64,000 nucleotides of DNA from Aplysia californica (Eukaryota). Every line of letters starts with the position of its first letter. Within the stretch, counting starts at the first letter, position 1. This document shows, in pieces, positions 62,360-64,000 of the stretch. The notes under the pieces are model-generated. The model was given only the letters and a program-made list of their open reading frames with translations. It had not been told where the DNA came from and made no database searches. Where the stretch lies: contig NW_004797516.1 in assembly GCF_000002075.1 (NCBI RefSeq), forward strand, positions 773,630-837,629, written 5' to 3'. Both the position numbers and the translations under genes were made by a program.

Positions 62360-62878
62360 GTGAGATTCCTAGATTGGGTGAGATAAATGTTGAACATGGT
62401 AGATCGGAACATTTTTCAAATATGAAAAACTAAACTTACTACGTTTTGTCCAAATGAAAAATAGGATTTCTGATCCTTTACAATCACGCACTGTCACATC
62501 CTACCTGTAAAGCATGCTCACCCTTTTACACTGTTGCACAGTACCTTGTTTTGCGATGACATTGATTTCTTTTGTTGAAGGACACAACCCAGTTACTTAA
62601 TTTNNNNNNNNNNNNNNNNNNNNNNNNNNNNNNNNNNNNNNNNNNNNNNNNNNNNNNNNNNNNNNNNNNNNNNNNNNNNNNNNNNNNNNNNNNNNNNNNN
62701 NNNNNNNNNNNNNNNNNNNNNNNNNNNNNNNNNNNNNNNNNNNNNNNNNNNNNNNNNNNNNNNNNNNNNNNNNNNNNNNNNNNNNNNNNNNNNNNNNNNN
62801 NNNNNNNNNNNNNNNNNNNNNNNNNNNNNNNNNNNNNNNNNNNNNNNNNNNNNNNNNNNNNNNNNNNNNNNNNNNNNN

Positions 62879-64000
62879 TCTCTTTGTTCGTCTCTCTGTC
62901 TTTCTTTATCCCTCACCTACTTCACTCTATCTTTCTCTCGTTCCCTCTTGTCAACTGGGGCATGTGATACATGCAAGCACTAGCACTTTCCCCAGTTCTC
63001 TTCCCCCTCCTTTCTCTCTCTCTCTCTCCCGCGTCTGGGTGCTGAAACTTTCCGAAATCAAAAAAGGTTTGCCCTACCGGATCTGTATACTTCGTGACTT
63101 TGTTCCCGGTTACTGGGTCTGTATACACTCCGATAAAAAAAAACTTTTTTTCGACCTGAGTCCATGTATAGATCTAAACCCATAGTCGGACTCGAGTCCG
63201 AATAGATAAAAATTATATTTGGACTCGAGTCCGAATAGAGCTGGCCAGCACGCTTCACGGTGGAAGTAGGTCAGCCCTATATATAGCTATAGGAGGGCCT
63301 GCGTGCTTTCCAGGTAACCTGGCTCATGCCCTTTATACAGGGCCTGCGCGCTTCCAGGGTTCATTAAGAGTCAAGGTAGATCTAATGTGTAGTTTAGTCT
63401 CTTAGAGTCACTTACTTAGAATCTTGTCTAGACTAGAGGTCTAAATTGTAACAACAGACAACAGATCTTACTTTCTGTACTTCTTCCCAATCTAAGCACA
63501 TCGTCTGGCGATATAATGTCTTTTTTCAATAGCTCTTCCTCGGAAACAACATCTGTTTTGGACTTGGCTTGTCTCCGCAAAAATCCTTCTTTCTTCTTTG
63601 ACGACGGTTTGGCATCCGAACTCATCTTGGCTCTTACTCTTGGTTAGAAGTGATCGACGTCCGTTCCTGCGCTATTGATATCTATTCGAAAAGCAAAATA
63701 GGTGAAGTGGCCTTTTTAAGTGGAGTTCAGATCAACTGAAGAATAATAATTTCACCAGTATATTACTTTCACAACACGGTGGATAATCTCAGGAGTTAAA
63801 TTTCAAGCAGCACTCTTTGTTTACAATTCGTCTCGTACACCTTTGGTTGGCTTTGTCACCTGTCAAAGCGTCAATCATGGCGGCGTTGACGATAGGAATT
63901 TTGGGACACACAAGGGACGTCACTCACATGGAAAATTAAGCCAACTTGTAAACAACAGGGGACAGCTAGGCCTACAAGAGTAGATATTAGTATTAGATTC
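62879..64000 (+). repeat. Direct duplication of about 59886-60957 (UNC119 intron 1 start, exon 1 and promoter)
   Basis: Near-identical sequence with a few substitutions and short indels; begins at a gap edge. Confidence 0.93.
63472..63625 (-). CDS. UNC119: Second copy of UNC119 exon 1 (duplicated segment or alternate haplotype)
   Basis: Same translation and donor as 60427-60580. Confidence 0.6.

Overview
AT-rich, repeat-dense eukaryotic (animal) genomic DNA with nine N-gaps and GT-AG spliceosomal introns; the repeat content suggests a mollusc-like invertebrate, which is inference only. Four protein-coding loci can be assembled by hand: (1) a divergent fructosamine-3-kinase-family gene on the minus strand (about 1315-16703, with some expected exons not found and probably in gaps); (2) a three-coding-exon BTB/POZ plus 8-zinc-finger gene on the minus strand (30529-35070, 822 aa); (3) a complete five-exon UNC119 on the minus strand (49530-60580, 227 aa); (4) the first coding exon of a secreted GH3 beta-xylosidase-like gene on the plus strand (62059-62359), head-to-head with UNC119. 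A second, allele-like copy of UNC119 exon 1 and its promoter follows the last gap. The rest is dead mariner and RTE fragments, tRNA- and CORE-type SINEs, two TSD-flanked retroposon families without a tRNA head, MITEs of several types and satellites. The most notable observations are a minimal type-I hammerhead ribozyme at 14023-14060, repeated PxVxL-like motifs in the BTB-ZF linker, promoter-proximal CTAG palindrome clusters that differ between the duplicated copies, the headless retroposons with fixed 5' ends, and an FN3K with altered motifs and a stop-interrupted hydrophobic leader. No CRISPR array, rRNA or intact tRNA gene was found.
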